Of a DNA stretch of 64,000 nucleotides, positions 7,412 through 16,971 are shown one piece after another (the first letter of the stretch is position 1; the number at the start of each line of letters is the position of its first letter). The translations under genes were made by a program, and so were the position numbers. The DNA is from a virus. Below the pieces are notes generated by a model. That model made no database searches. It was not told where the DNA came from and saw only the letters and a program-made list of their open reading frames with translations. The stretch lies in the IMG/VR virus record IMGVR_UViG_3300021962_000032; one strand, 5' to 3'.

Positions 7412-9121
7412 TTATGCAATTTGACTAAACCCCTTGCACTTTTCAAATTTTACAACGTTTTCAAATCTATCTTCCATACCAACTTTATGGGAGATTATAA
7501 AAATATTTGAATCCTTAACAACATATCTAATGATTTTGATGAATTCTTCCGTTCCATTTCCATCAAGAGAACTATCAAATACTTCATCCATAATCAAAAG
7601 ATTTGTATTTGTTGAGTTTTTAAGTTTGGCAACTTCTCTCCAAGTGAAAAGAAGTGCCAAATCGATTCGTTGTCTTTCACCCTCACTAAAAGATCCATAA
7701 GTAAAATCTTCATGAATAGGAGATTGAACTGTTTCGTTGAACTCTTCGTCCAGAGAAAAATTAATATAAAAATCCATCATTTGCAAATATCTGTTTACTT
7801 GCTGATTAATTAGTGGGAGATATTTTTTAATGATGGTAGTTTTTACACCAGAATCTTTTAAAAGACCGTAACAGAAATCGTAGTATGAAATTGTTTCTTT
7901 CTTTTCGGATAATTCCTCAAAGATGCTATTCAGTTTTTGTTTGAATTGAGCTAACTTCTCATGTTCAATATTCTCGTTTTCCAGGTTATTGGTAATTCTT
8001 TGAATTTCCTTTTCAAGATCTCCGATTCGTTTTTGGAATCCAGAGATTCTAAGATTATTTTGAGAAATTTCATGCGTTAGGTTAGTGACTTCTTTTGAAA
8101 TTTTAAGAAAATGACTTTCTCTAATTTCTTCATCACGAATTGTCTGCTCAAGTTCTTTATAACCAGATTGCAGTTCTTTTGCCTTGTTTATGGCATCACT
8201 AATTCTATTTAATCTAAAAGATTCTTCTATATTTTGTGTGCAGGTAGGGCATACCGAATTATTACGGAAAAACTCATGCTCTTCAGTAATCGTTGCTACT
8301 TTTTGTGAGAGTTTACCTTTAATTGAAGCAAGTTTTTTTAACTTATCTTTAGAGCTGGATAAATCTTCCAGTTCTTTTGTATATGAAAATATTTCTTCTT
8401 CGTACTTATTATTATATCCAAAGCAAACTTCCACTTGACTATTAATCAAATTTATTTCTTTTTTGTTTTCTTTTATTTTAGTTTCGCCTTCATTTTGAAT
8501 TTTTTGGATAAAATCTTCTTGCATTGAAATTTTATCCTTCAAAGAATCTTTCGATAAGTCCAAAGTTTTAACTTGATCTTTAAGTTCTTTGATTTTATCT
8601 TTAACCAAAGAATTCATAGACGAAAATATTTTTATATCCAAAAGATCTTCAATAACTTCTCGTCTATTTGATGCACTTAATTGCATAAACGGAACAAAAT
8701 TACTACTTCCAATAATTACAACTTGTGTAAAGGATTTGTAGTTCATTTTAAGAACGGATTGTTCAAACCATTTTTGTTGGTCCGTTACAGAGGATTGTTG
8801 ATCTATTGCCTTTCCATTTCGTTCGATCACAAAAATAGATGGTTTAATCCCACGAATTACTTTCCAAGAAACTGTTCCTATTTTAAATTCTATTTCTATA
8901 ACACAATCTTTATCATTTGCAGAATTGATTAGTTGAGATTTATTAATTCCACGAAATGATTTTCCAAACAATCCGAAAGTAATCGCATCAAGAATTGTAC
9001 TTTTTCCAGCACCATTTTGACCTATTATGAGGGTTGTTTTATTTTTTTCTAAATCAATTTCTATGAAATGATTTCCCGTACTTAAAAAGTTTTTCCAACG
9101 AATTTTTTCAAATAATATCAT
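7412..9121 (-). CDS. gp46: Recombination exonuclease ATPase subunit gp46 (Rad50-like)
   Basis: GQNGAGKS, CPTC zinc hook, FSEGE, LIMDE, ISH. Confidence 0.97.
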   Translation of the reverse strand: MILFEKIRWKNFLSTGNHFIEIDLEKNKTTLIIGQNGAGKSTILDAITFGLFGKSFRGINKSQLINSANDKDCVIEIEFKIGTVSWKVIRGIKPSIFVIERNGKAIDQQSSVTDQQKWFEQSVLKMNYKSFTQVVIIGSSNFVPFMQLSASNRREVIEDLLDIKIFSSMNSLVKDKIKELKDQVKTLDLSKDSLKDKISMQEDFIQKIQNEGETKIKENKKEINLINSQVEVCFGYNNKYEEEIFSYTKELEDLSSSKDKLKKLASIKGKLSQKVATITEEHEFFRNNSVCPTCTQNIEESFRLNRISDAINKAKELQSGYKELEQTIRDEEIRESHFLKISKEVTNLTHEISQNNLRISGFQKRIGDLEKEIQRITNNLENENIEHEKLAQFKQKLNSIFEELSEKKETISYYDFCYGLLKDSGVKTTIIKKYLPLINQQVNRYLQMMDFYINFSLDEEFNETVQSPIHEDFTYGSFSEGERQRIDLALLFTWREVAKLKNSTNTNLLIMDEVFDSSLDGNGTEEFIKIIRYVVKDSNIFIISHKVGMEDRFENVVKFEKCKGFSQIA

Positions 9122-9380
9122 TTTCTTCAGGCGGAATCACAAAATCAAAAGAAGTAAACACTGAATATTCATAACCATTTTCTTTACATGCGTGTAAAAT
9201 ATCTTCATCATCTATTTCAACGACTCTCATGGGAGGATATCCTCTATCAATTTCAAGCATCATAGCAAATCGTGTTGCATCATCTTCTTCTTCAAACATA
9301 TAAAGTATCTGATCTCCATATTCATTTGTTACACAATAAGCACCAGATTCTTCTCTATCTTTAATGGCGATGATAAACAT
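9108..9380 (-). CDS. Acidic hypothetical protein between gp47 and gp46
   Basis: GAY.V...LYMFEEEDDATRFA...FVIPP; coupled to neighbours; resembles cyanobacterial DUF3110 (from memory). Confidence 0.75.
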   Translation of the reverse strand: MFIIAIKDREESGAYCVTNEYGDQILYMFEEEDDATRFAMMLEIDRGYPPMRVVEIDDEDILHACKENGYEYSVFTSFDFVIPPEENDII

Positions 9381-9381
9381 T

Positions 9382-10422
9382 TTACACCATTTCGCAAGAT
9401 TCTTTGTAAAGATCCCTCATAATATTTTTAATTTTTGTTTTATCCATAGTAATTTCTGAATCTTCAATATATCTATCCAATATAGAAACAGTATCTTCGG
9501 ATTCAATTTCTTCAATTTCTTCTGAGAGAGTAATATCAAAATTTTCTACTATTTTAACTTCAGATACATTTGAACTGTAAAGTTTGTCTAAAAATTTTTC
9601 AAATTCAAATTGATTAGATTTAGTTTTAACAACTACCTTGACAATTTTATTCTCATACTTAGAAAAATTAAATTTTTTAATCGAAGTATCATCATAATTA
9701 ATAACTTCAAATATATTATATGGATTATCTACATGAAAATGTTCAAGAGTTTCAGTATCTAAAATAGTAAATCCTCTCGTATCATTTACATCTGTCCAAT
9801 ATATTTCATAGGGATTTCCCAAGTAATAAATTTTTCCGTCAGTTGATCTGGTGTGATAATGACCAGAGTAAACACGCTTAAATTTATCAAATGGTTTAGT
9901 TTCCAAACCATGCTCCATAATGATTTGTCGATTAACTCGGAATCCTGCAAACTCAAGGTGCCCCATTGCACACTCACAAGTGCTCTTTTTAATTTCACTA
10001 AAAGTATTTTTTTGATTTTCCTCATTAATCCAAGGCAATAACAATACTTTAAGATCTCCAAGTTTAATTTCAGTTGGATCAGAATAAACTTTTACATTTG
10101 AATATTCTCTCAAAAGAAGATCAACTGCATTTACTTGATTGGTATTTTTATAATAAGCAGTATGATTTCCAACAATAGTATGGACTTGTACTCCCATTTC
10201 TTGAAGTCGATCATAATAGTGATTTTTTGCCCAAGAAAGAGCTGAAAAATCAATACCTTTACGACTATCAAAAGTATCTCCCATGTCAACGACAGTGGTT
10301 ATACTTTCTTTTTCTATGGTAGGAAAAAAAATATTATTGTAAAAATTTAAAAAATGATCATGAAACAATTTGGAATTTTTTCTTGCTCCAAAGTGTTGGT
10401 CAGTAATAATTGCTATTTTCAT
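9382..10422 (-). CDS. gp47: Recombination nuclease gp47 (Mre11-like)
   Basis: DQHFG, GDTFD, GNH, GHYH phosphoesterase motifs. Confidence 0.97.
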   Translation of the reverse strand: MKIAIITDQHFGARKNSKLFHDHFLNFYNNIFFPTIEKESITTVVDMGDTFDSRKGIDFSALSWAKNHYYDRLQEMGVQVHTIVGNHTAYYKNTNQVNAVDLLLREYSNVKVYSDPTEIKLGDLKVLLLPWINEENQKNTFSEIKKSTCECAMGHLEFAGFRVNRQIIMEHGLETKPFDKFKRVYSGHYHTRSTDGKIYYLGNPYEIYWTDVNDTRGFTILDTETLEHFHVDNPYNIFEVINYDDTSIKKFNFSKYENKIVKVVVKTKSNQFEFEKFLDKLYSSNVSEVKIVENFDITLSEEIEEIESEDTVSILDRYIEDSEITMDKTKIKNIMRDLYKESCEMV

Positions 10423-10920
10423 TCAACCACGAAGTTTAGAGTGAACGGAATCCTTGATCGAATTATAATCACTATAATTCATTCCGTCAATACCGGAATC
10501 ATCATGAAAAACTTCATCATAACCAGTGCGCTCAAGAATTTTATTTTTAATCTCTAGTTGACGTTTTTCTCTTTGTATTCTTCTCAAAAATGCGTAGTGA
10601 ATAATTTGAGTAAAATATGCAAATGGGTTGGTAGATTTTTCTGGATTGAAATTATGAATATATTGAATGCAATTTTCAATACCATCAGAAATCATATCAT
10701 CCTTAAAAATATAATTTACGAAATTTGGTTTAAAAGACAAGTGTGTTGCTATTTTTAAAAAGCATTCCCCAATATAATTATTAATTCTTGGTTTTGGATC
10801 ACCTCTTTCTTCAGATTCCTTTAATTGCTTTTTATATTCTATCAAAGCTTCTAAAAAATCTTTATTATTGACATAATGAACTGATCTCTTTCTTTTTGTC
10901 ATGGTTGCAGTATTAAACAT
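10423..10920 (-). CDS. gp55: Late transcription sigma factor gp55
   Basis: HYVNNKDF, PNFVNY, DMISDGIENC, NPFAYFTQI. Confidence 0.97.
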   Translation of the reverse strand: MFNTATMTKRKRSVHYVNNKDFLEALIEYKKQLKESEERGDPKPRINNYIGECFLKIATHLSFKPNFVNYIFKDDMISDGIENCIQYIHNFNPEKSTNPFAYFTQIIHYAFLRRIQREKRQLEIKNKILERTGYDEVFHDDSGIDGMNYSDYNSIKDSVHSKLRG

Positions 10921-10946
10921 AATTTATTTTAATGTATTATGTAGAC

Positions 10947-10975
10947 ATTATAACATTTTCATTGATATTAAACAA
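10947..10975 (-). promoter_or_regulatory. Promoter for gp55
   Basis: TTGTTT-N17-TATAAT with extended TG. Confidence 0.65.
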
Positions 10976-10979
10976 CCTA

Positions 10980-11009
10980 TTGACAGACCAGTTAGATTGT
11001 GATTATAAT
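10980..11009 (+). promoter_or_regulatory. Antisense-oriented sigma70 promoter
   Basis: TTGACA-N18-TATAAT on the plus strand with no plus-strand gene downstream. Confidence 0.6.
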
Positions 11010-11038
11010 AGGTTTGTTAACCGTAAAGATAATTTATA

Positions 11039-11428
11039 CTAAGATTTATTGAATATCTTTTCAAGTAGTATTTTAGCATCGTTTATATTTGTTATGTATC
11101 CCATTTCTCTAGTTACATCATTTCTATTTGATTTTGAATTATTAAATTTTCTAACAAAAGATTGATGTATTTTAATCATTTCAATATCATCGGTCTCAGA
11201 TATTGTAATAATTTTTTCCATGTTTAAAATAAACATGTCTTCTTTTGTTGTTTTTATCCATGGTTCTATTTTATATCCATTTGATCCATTTCTGGATTTC
11301 ATTTCAGTTATAGTAATTGGATTTGTAACTAATAAATTTATTCCAGTTTTTTCTTCACAAGGAACAACTCTGGCAAATATTTCCTCACCACTAATTAATT
11401 TTATAGACGCATAAAAATCATCTTCCAT
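11039..11428 (-). CDS. Hypothetical protein downstream of uvsW, Sm/LSm-like paralogue
   Basis: IKLISGEEIFA...NP...EPW...EKIITISE. Confidence 0.8.
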   Translation of the reverse strand: MEDDFYASIKLISGEEIFARVVPCEEKTGINLLVTNPITITEMKSRNGSNGYKIEPWIKTTKEDMFILNMEKIITISETDDIEMIKIHQSFVRKFNNSKSNRNDVTREMGYITNINDAKILLEKIFNKS

Positions 11429-12902
11429 CTATGGTTTCCTCTTTTTCTATATTAATTGGTATTATCTCATAGTTGAAATCTTCTTCCACATAAATTTTAA
11501 TTCTTTCTATGAAATGATTTAATGTATAGTTTTTCTTTGAATTGTACGTTGCATCATCTGCAATATCATAAAGGGTAGCTGTATCTTTATTTTTACCCTT
11601 TCTTAAAACTCTTCCAATACTTTGAAGATTTCTTATTCTTGATTTACTGGGAGATGCAAAAATGATATTATGTAATCTTTTTATAGAAATACCTGTACTA
11701 AAAACACCATAAGAAGCAACAATAATCGCATTATTTTCTTTTTCAGTAATTTGCCTTATTGCTTCTCGTTCTTCTGCATCCACTCCACCATGTACAAAGA
11801 AGATTTTTCTATTACCTTCTTTGCTATTATTTATTAAATTAAATAGTATCTCACCATGAGTTTCTACTCTTGAAAATAAAATAAGAGTATTTCCTTTTAA
11901 ACTAAGGGCTAAATTTTTTATAAATTTATTTCTTTTTTGACTTCTAATAATGAATTGAATTTCATCTTCATAGGTATCAAATTTTTGAGGTTTATGTTTT
12001 AATAATAAACAGAAAATATCTAATTGAGATGCTCTTCCCTTCTCAATCATCTCAGATGTTCCTATTGTCTTATAAGAAGGTCCAAATAAACCACATACAA
12101 CCCATTCATGAGTACTACTTCCAGATAAAGTTCCAGTAAATCCAAATCTATATTTTGCATTATGACACTTTTTCATAATGTCAATTAATGATTTAGATTT
12201 GGCAGTATGAGCTTCGTCTACAATTACGCAATCAAAATCCTCAAAGAACTTTTTGGGAAGAGTATAAAGAGATTGCCATGTAGAAAGAGTAACGGGCATG
12301 TCAGTATGCTTTTCTCTGCCAGAATAAATCAAGTGGCAATTATTTTCAGCATCCCACCCATAATCACTGAAGTCATTAAACATCTGACGAACAAGTGATG
12401 TAGTAGGAAATACAATTAATATTTTTTTACCTTTTGCAACATAATATCTTATGATCGAATAAATCATAAGAGATTTACCCGATGCTGTTGGACTCAATAT
12501 GAGTTTTCTATTGTATCTGAGGCACTCATAAACACCGTTTATTTGGTAGTCATATGGATCATGACTACAAATAGATTTCATGTACTCTGTGACTCCTTCT
12601 GGACATATCTCCTCGTTCACTTCAAAAGGAAGTCCGTAGTACTTGTTTTCTTTGAATGTATAATCGTAATTATATGTTTTTAATTTAGCAACAACTTTAT
12701 CAAGAAGACCAGCGTACACTTCTCCAGTATGTGTACTTAATAACCTAATCTTCCCATCCCAATGCTTGTTTCTCATGTGCGGCATAAACTTTGCCCCCTC
12801 AACATCAAATGTAAAGTGAGGTTCAAGTTCATACAAAACATGAGGTTCACATTCTAATTTAATGTAAACCTCATTCTTTTTAGTGATTGCCACATCAGTC
12901 AT
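11418..12902 (-). CDS. uvsW: RNA-DNA/DNA helicase UvsW
   Basis: SPTASGKS, DEAH, TGT, QSIGRVLR. Confidence 0.96.
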   Translation of the reverse strand: MTDVAITKKNEVYIKLECEPHVLYELEPHFTFDVEGAKFMPHMRNKHWDGKIRLLSTHTGEVYAGLLDKVVAKLKTYNYDYTFKENKYYGLPFEVNEEICPEGVTEYMKSICSHDPYDYQINGVYECLRYNRKLILSPTASGKSLMIYSIIRYYVAKGKKILIVFPTTSLVRQMFNDFSDYGWDAENNCHLIYSGREKHTDMPVTLSTWQSLYTLPKKFFEDFDCVIVDEAHTAKSKSLIDIMKKCHNAKYRFGFTGTLSGSSTHEWVVCGLFGPSYKTIGTSEMIEKGRASQLDIFCLLLKHKPQKFDTYEDEIQFIIRSQKRNKFIKNLALSLKGNTLILFSRVETHGEILFNLINNSKEGNRKIFFVHGGVDAEEREAIRQITEKENNAIIVASYGVFSTGISIKRLHNIIFASPSKSRIRNLQSIGRVLRKGKNKDTATLYDIADDATYNSKKNYTLNHFIERIKIYVEEDFNYEIIPINIEKEETIDGR

Positions 12903-12935
12903 GAAGTATTGCTATAACTGATATATTTAGATTTG

Positions 12936-13373
12936 TTATCCTAACCCACTCATGAATTTTTGATATTCAATTGCGTTTTTAATTTGATAAGTGCGATTAT
13001 GAATTGTTTTAATTATGTCTTCCAAATAACGAAGCATAATATCATAGTATTCTACTTTGAGTGAAACTTGAGCAAGGGTTTCATCCGCATCCAAATATTG
13101 TCGTAAAGTATCTTTATCACGTATTTTTTTAGGGAATGGATTCTCCACATACTCATCAGGATCCGCTTTTCCAGAATAATACTCATGACGATTTTTCCTT
13201 ACTGTTCTTTTTTTGTTTTCTGCACTTGCTCTGAGAATTGTTACTTTATTATATAAATCAAAATATTTTGCATGTAGGACTGGAACATTTAAAGATTCCG
13301 TATGAAGATTATCTATATCTATTTTTGAATCTTTTTCCCACATTGATTGTATTGTATCTAAATCAATTGCCAT
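12936..13373 (-). CDS. uvsY: Recombination mediator UvsY
   Basis: DSKID, LHAKY, YYSG, R.YQIKNAI; synteny between gp3 and uvsW. Confidence 0.92.
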   Translation of the reverse strand: MAIDLDTIQSMWEKDSKIDIDNLHTESLNVPVLHAKYFDLYNKVTILRASAENKKRTVRKNRHEYYSGKADPDEYVENPFPKKIRDKDTLRQYLDADETLAQVSLKVEYYDIMLRYLEDIIKTIHNRTYQIKNAIEYQKFMSGLG

Positions 13374-13376
13374 AAT

Positions 13377-13949
13377 TTAACTATATCTTCTTGGTAAATG
13401 TCTTCCTTCTTTATCTGTAATATTATACATCATATATTTAAAACTTACAGTAGCTGTAAAGTATGCCTCATCTGTATTTGTGGCATCAAATTGAAGTTCC
13501 GACAATCTGTAGGGAAACATTCTTCTGAATACAACTTGGTAATTTAAATTTAAATTACTATTTAATATGAATAATGTTCCGTCAGAATATAGATTCATTT
13601 CACCACCTTGATTTACAACATAGTTGTCTGCATCAGATTGGTAATCGTATATTTGAGCAAGAGATTCTGGAAATCCAAGACCTCTCATCCAATTTTGTAT
13701 TTCCATAAAGTTGGTCAAATCTTCATCAACTATAAAATCCAATTCAAAATCTTCAAATACCATATTATCACCAGGAACTGGAATAGGATTTGTGAGATAG
13801 TTTGAATGGTTTGCAACTCCCAAAGTAATTCCTGGAACTACTGCCTTGTTTGCATAGAATGCAGTTTTGGGAGAACGATTTAAAATAAAAGTAAAACCTG
13901 TACTTGATAGATAATTTCTATTCTCTATCTGCCCTCTTCTTGTAGCCAT
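13377..13949 (-). CDS. gp3: Tail completion / tube terminator gp3
   Basis: NYLSSTGF, PGITLG, FIVDEDLTN, SDGTL, FP..LS.LQF. Confidence 0.88.
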   Translation of the reverse strand: MATRRGQIENRNYLSSTGFTFILNRSPKTAFYANKAVVPGITLGVANHSNYLTNPIPVPGDNMVFEDFELDFIVDEDLTNFMEIQNWMRGLGFPESLAQIYDYQSDADNYVVNQGGEMNLYSDGTLFILNSNLNLNYQVVFRRMFPYRLSELQFDATNTDEAYFTATVSFKYMMYNITDKEGRHLPRRYS

Positions 13950-13979
13950 TTATGGAAAGACCCTTATTGGTCTATTTAT

Positions 13980-14066
13980 CTATTGGTATGCATGTGTAAG
14001 ACCCCAATAAACATATAACCCTATTGAAGAAAATAAGATTAAAGCATTTATTAATACCCTTGTCAT
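13980..14066 (-). CDS. 28-aa single-TM microprotein (not in ORF track)
   Basis: MTRVLINALILFSSIGLYVYWGLTHAYQ; TATAAATA at 14073-14080 just upstream; fills the gp23-gp3 gap. Confidence 0.6.
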   Translation of the reverse strand: MTRVLINALILFSSIGLYVYWGLTHAYQ

Positions 14067-14102
14067 TATCGGTATTTATACTCATGTACATATTTTATGT
14101 AT

Positions 14103-14131
14103 AAAAAAAGACCCCCCATTCGGGAGGTCTT
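14103..14131 (-). terminator. Intrinsic terminator after gp23
   Basis: AAGACCTCCC-GAAT-GGGGGGTCTT plus T-run. Confidence 0.9.
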
Positions 14132-14154
14132 GTATGAGAACCGTGACAATTAAA

Positions 14155-15612
14155 TCACATGAGGTTCTTAACAGCAACTCTTCTGTAGTAACGGTTGCTG
14201 TTTGTAAGAATACGTCCAAGACCCTGGCCTGTGCCTTCTGCGAATGGGTTTGCAACCATTCCATAACGGGTCTTAAAGCCGATCTTAGGCTGGAAAGTAT
14301 TCTCTCCAACTGCACGTACCATCTGGAGAGGTACATATGGGCAGTAGAAAAGTCCTGCGTCATAAGGTGAAGAACCCTTATATCCAATAACATAGTATTG
14401 GGTTGCAGCATTATTTGCCGAATAAGGATCGATATAAACGCGGAATTTGCCCATCAGAACACCAGCAAAGGTGTTACCAGTGTCATCAACGTTCAGGTTT
14501 GCGTTGAGTGCTGGGGTGTAGTCAAGTACTCCTGCCATGGTCAGTGCCGAAGCAACGTCAGCAGAGCACATGATTACGTTGCCCTTTCCTCTACGAGTTC
14601 TTTGTGCAATCTGGTTCGCATCTCTTTCGATTTGGAACAGAAGACCCTTGAACTTCTCAACTGACCAACGACCGTTGGAGTCAACGTCGAGGTCGAATAC
14701 ACCAGGAGTTGCAACGTTGAGGGTTGCACCCTGCTCAGCAACCTTGTAGATGGTTCTGATGACTTCACGGTTGATTTCAGCAAGAATCTCTGTTGAGAGA
14801 ATGTTTGCTAATTCCGCTTCAGCATTCAGACCATGGATTGCCTTCAGGTCTTGTGCAAGCTCAAGGCTGTATTCTGCCTTCAGTGCTCTTGACTTGGCTT
14901 CAACAAGAACCTTCTCGATTGAGAATGCCATCTCGTTGAACTGATCGCCACTTCCAAGTGCCTCAGAAGTTGCGGTGTCCATTGCCTGACCAACTTTATA
15001 GTCAAGCTCACTTGCTGTTGCAGTTGGGTTCAGGAGACCTGGGTTATTTTGTGATCCACCAGCTGCGGGAGGAGCATCGGCAGTAGTACCCATACCAACA
15101 GAAGCACCGGATCCTGCTTCTCTGGTGTACTGTCCAAGAGGACCATTGAATCCAGAATCTTGTCCGGAGAAAGATGTATCTGGCTCATTGAACAGAGCTT
15201 CTGCACCGTTCTGGTCATTGTAACGTGATCTCATTGCGAAGATGAGTCCTGTTGGTCCGTTCATTGGTTGAACGCCAGCAAGATCATATGCAACAAGGTT
15301 TGGCATTGAACGTCTGATCAATGAGATCAGTACGGGATCAAAACCTGCTACTGGACCTGCAGAATCTGCAGCTCCACCGAATCCAGGACCACCAACTCCA
15401 TTACCACCTACGGCGCCGGAATTTGTATTTACGGTTGGAGTTTCGGTGAGAAGACCACCAGCATTAAATGCTGATTGCTCTCTTAAAAACTTTTCTTGAT
15501 TTTCTAACAGGACTGCGGTTACGGCTCTTCTGTGGGAATCATTGATTGGATCGCATCCTTCGTGATTCAGAAGAGGTGCCCACTTTTCCTGCAATCTTTC
15601 TGATTGAAACAT
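14155..15612 (-). CDS. gp23: Major capsid protein gp23
   Basis: EKWAPLL, LLENQ, FDPVLISLIRR, GVQPM, SRALKAEYS, GRWSVEKFKGL, FKTRYG. Confidence 0.99.
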   Translation of the reverse strand: MFQSERLQEKWAPLLNHEGCDPINDSHRRAVTAVLLENQEKFLREQSAFNAGGLLTETPTVNTNSGAVGGNGVGGPGFGGAADSAGPVAGFDPVLISLIRRSMPNLVAYDLAGVQPMNGPTGLIFAMRSRYNDQNGAEALFNEPDTSFSGQDSGFNGPLGQYTREAGSGASVGMGTTADAPPAAGGSQNNPGLLNPTATASELDYKVGQAMDTATSEALGSGDQFNEMAFSIEKVLVEAKSRALKAEYSLELAQDLKAIHGLNAEAELANILSTEILAEINREVIRTIYKVAEQGATLNVATPGVFDLDVDSNGRWSVEKFKGLLFQIERDANQIAQRTRRGKGNVIMCSADVASALTMAGVLDYTPALNANLNVDDTGNTFAGVLMGKFRVYIDPYSANNAATQYYVIGYKGSSPYDAGLFYCPYVPLQMVRAVGENTFQPKIGFKTRYGMVANPFAEGTGQGLGRILTNSNRYYRRVAVKNLM

Positions 15613-15662
15613 TGCGTGTTACCTTTTACTAAAGTGCGTTTTTTGTTTGACTAATATTGAAT

Positions 15663-16913
15663 TCAGTTTTTTGCAACTGATGAAAGAGTTCTCAGATATG
15701 ATTCCATTGTTTGTGAATGGAATTCGGGAACGATTTCTGTACCCTCTGAAAGAGTTTCAGTTGTTGCCGATGGAGATACTACTCTTGAAGGAAAATATGA
15801 TTCCTTCAATGTCTCCAATTTTTCACGATATTCTTCTTCACTTTCAAACTCAACACTTTCGGAAAGTGAAGCGAGCTTTTCCTTCTGAGAAAGTGCAAGA
15901 CCCTCAGCTACATTATCAAAGATTCCTACTGCAACCGACTCTGCGAGACGCTTGTTTAAGGAGATATTTTTCTCAATTTGCTCGTTGAGTTTTGTCTCCA
16001 TGTCATCAAGTTTTTCTACCATACTCTCAAGTACATCATATTTCTCTTCAGGGATTTCTACATAATGTTCTTCAAAAAGATTCCTCATTCCTTGAATGAA
16101 GGATTCTGTCATTTCTGTTCTAAGTCCTTGCTCAACTGCAAGGGCATTTTCTTCTAACCATTCTTGAGCAACGTACTCAAGATAAGCATCTGTTCTTTCT
16201 TCAAGAACAGACTTAATCTCGGCAACTTCTTCTACCAATCTTTCTTCATAATGTGCCTCAAGAGATTCACGAATCTCTGAAACTTTAGAACGAAGTGCTG
16301 CCTCAAAAATGATTTTTGCTTTTTCTTGGAATTCTTCAGAGAGTTCCTCACCTTCAAGGAGAGCATTAACATCTTCTTCGATGTCAAACTCTTCCTTCTT
16401 CATTTCATCTTCATCATCTTCTTCATCATCTTCTTTCTTGGACTTCTTCTTAGATTCTTTTGAATCTTCCTTCTCATCCTCTTTTGAATCTTCTTCCTCT
16501 TCTGCTTCTGCAATTACTTCATCATACTCATCTTCCAGTTCTTCCTCTTCTTTGACTGGATTTGCCATCTTCTTCATGGACTCACCAGCACTACGAGAAA
16601 CTGTAGAACCTCCTGTTGTTGCATAGGCAGGAGCTTTCTTCATACCTTCAGCAGATTTTGCACCCTTTCCAACTACATCGCTTACTTTTTTAATTGGTGA
16701 TGCAGCATCTCCAAGTTTTGCTGGTCCATTTGCATCATTTGTGTAATTGTCTGGTGTTGGTCCACCAAGATCCGTCCAACTTGTTGATTGACCATCAGGA
16801 ATACCTGTGGTCAATTTGTGCATTGGCTCTGCTGCTTTTGAACCGGCATTGATAGCAGTTTTGGATTGTGTAGTGCCTGCTTCCATTTCCTGTAAATTTT
16901 TACCACGGGACAT
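15663..16913 (-). CDS. gp22: Prohead core scaffold gp22
   Basis: LSEEFQEKAKIIFEAA, YLEYVAQEW, acidic coiled coil. Confidence 0.95.
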   Translation of the reverse strand: MSRGKNLQEMEAGTTQSKTAINAGSKAAEPMHKLTTGIPDGQSTSWTDLGGPTPDNYTNDANGPAKLGDAASPIKKVSDVVGKGAKSAEGMKKAPAYATTGGSTVSRSAGESMKKMANPVKEEEELEDEYDEVIAEAEEEEDSKEDEKEDSKESKKKSKKEDDEEDDEDEMKKEEFDIEEDVNALLEGEELSEEFQEKAKIIFEAALRSKVSEIRESLEAHYEERLVEEVAEIKSVLEERTDAYLEYVAQEWLEENALAVEQGLRTEMTESFIQGMRNLFEEHYVEIPEEKYDVLESMVEKLDDMETKLNEQIEKNISLNKRLAESVAVGIFDNVAEGLALSQKEKLASLSESVEFESEEEYREKLETLKESYFPSRVVSPSATTETLSEGTEIVPEFHSQTMESYLRTLSSVAKN

Positions 16914-16953
16914 TTGAACTCTCCGTTAAACTATATTAGTAAATAACTATATT

Positions 16954-16961
16954 TATTTATA
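16954..16961 (-). promoter_or_regulatory. Late promoter TATAAATA for gp22
   Basis: Exact consensus in the intergenic gap. Confidence 0.8.
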
Positions 16962-16971
16962 AATTAATTAA

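Noticed and set aside
16380-16560. Low-complexity E/D/K repeat in gp22
   Set aside because: Ordinary acidic linker of T4-like scaffold proteins.
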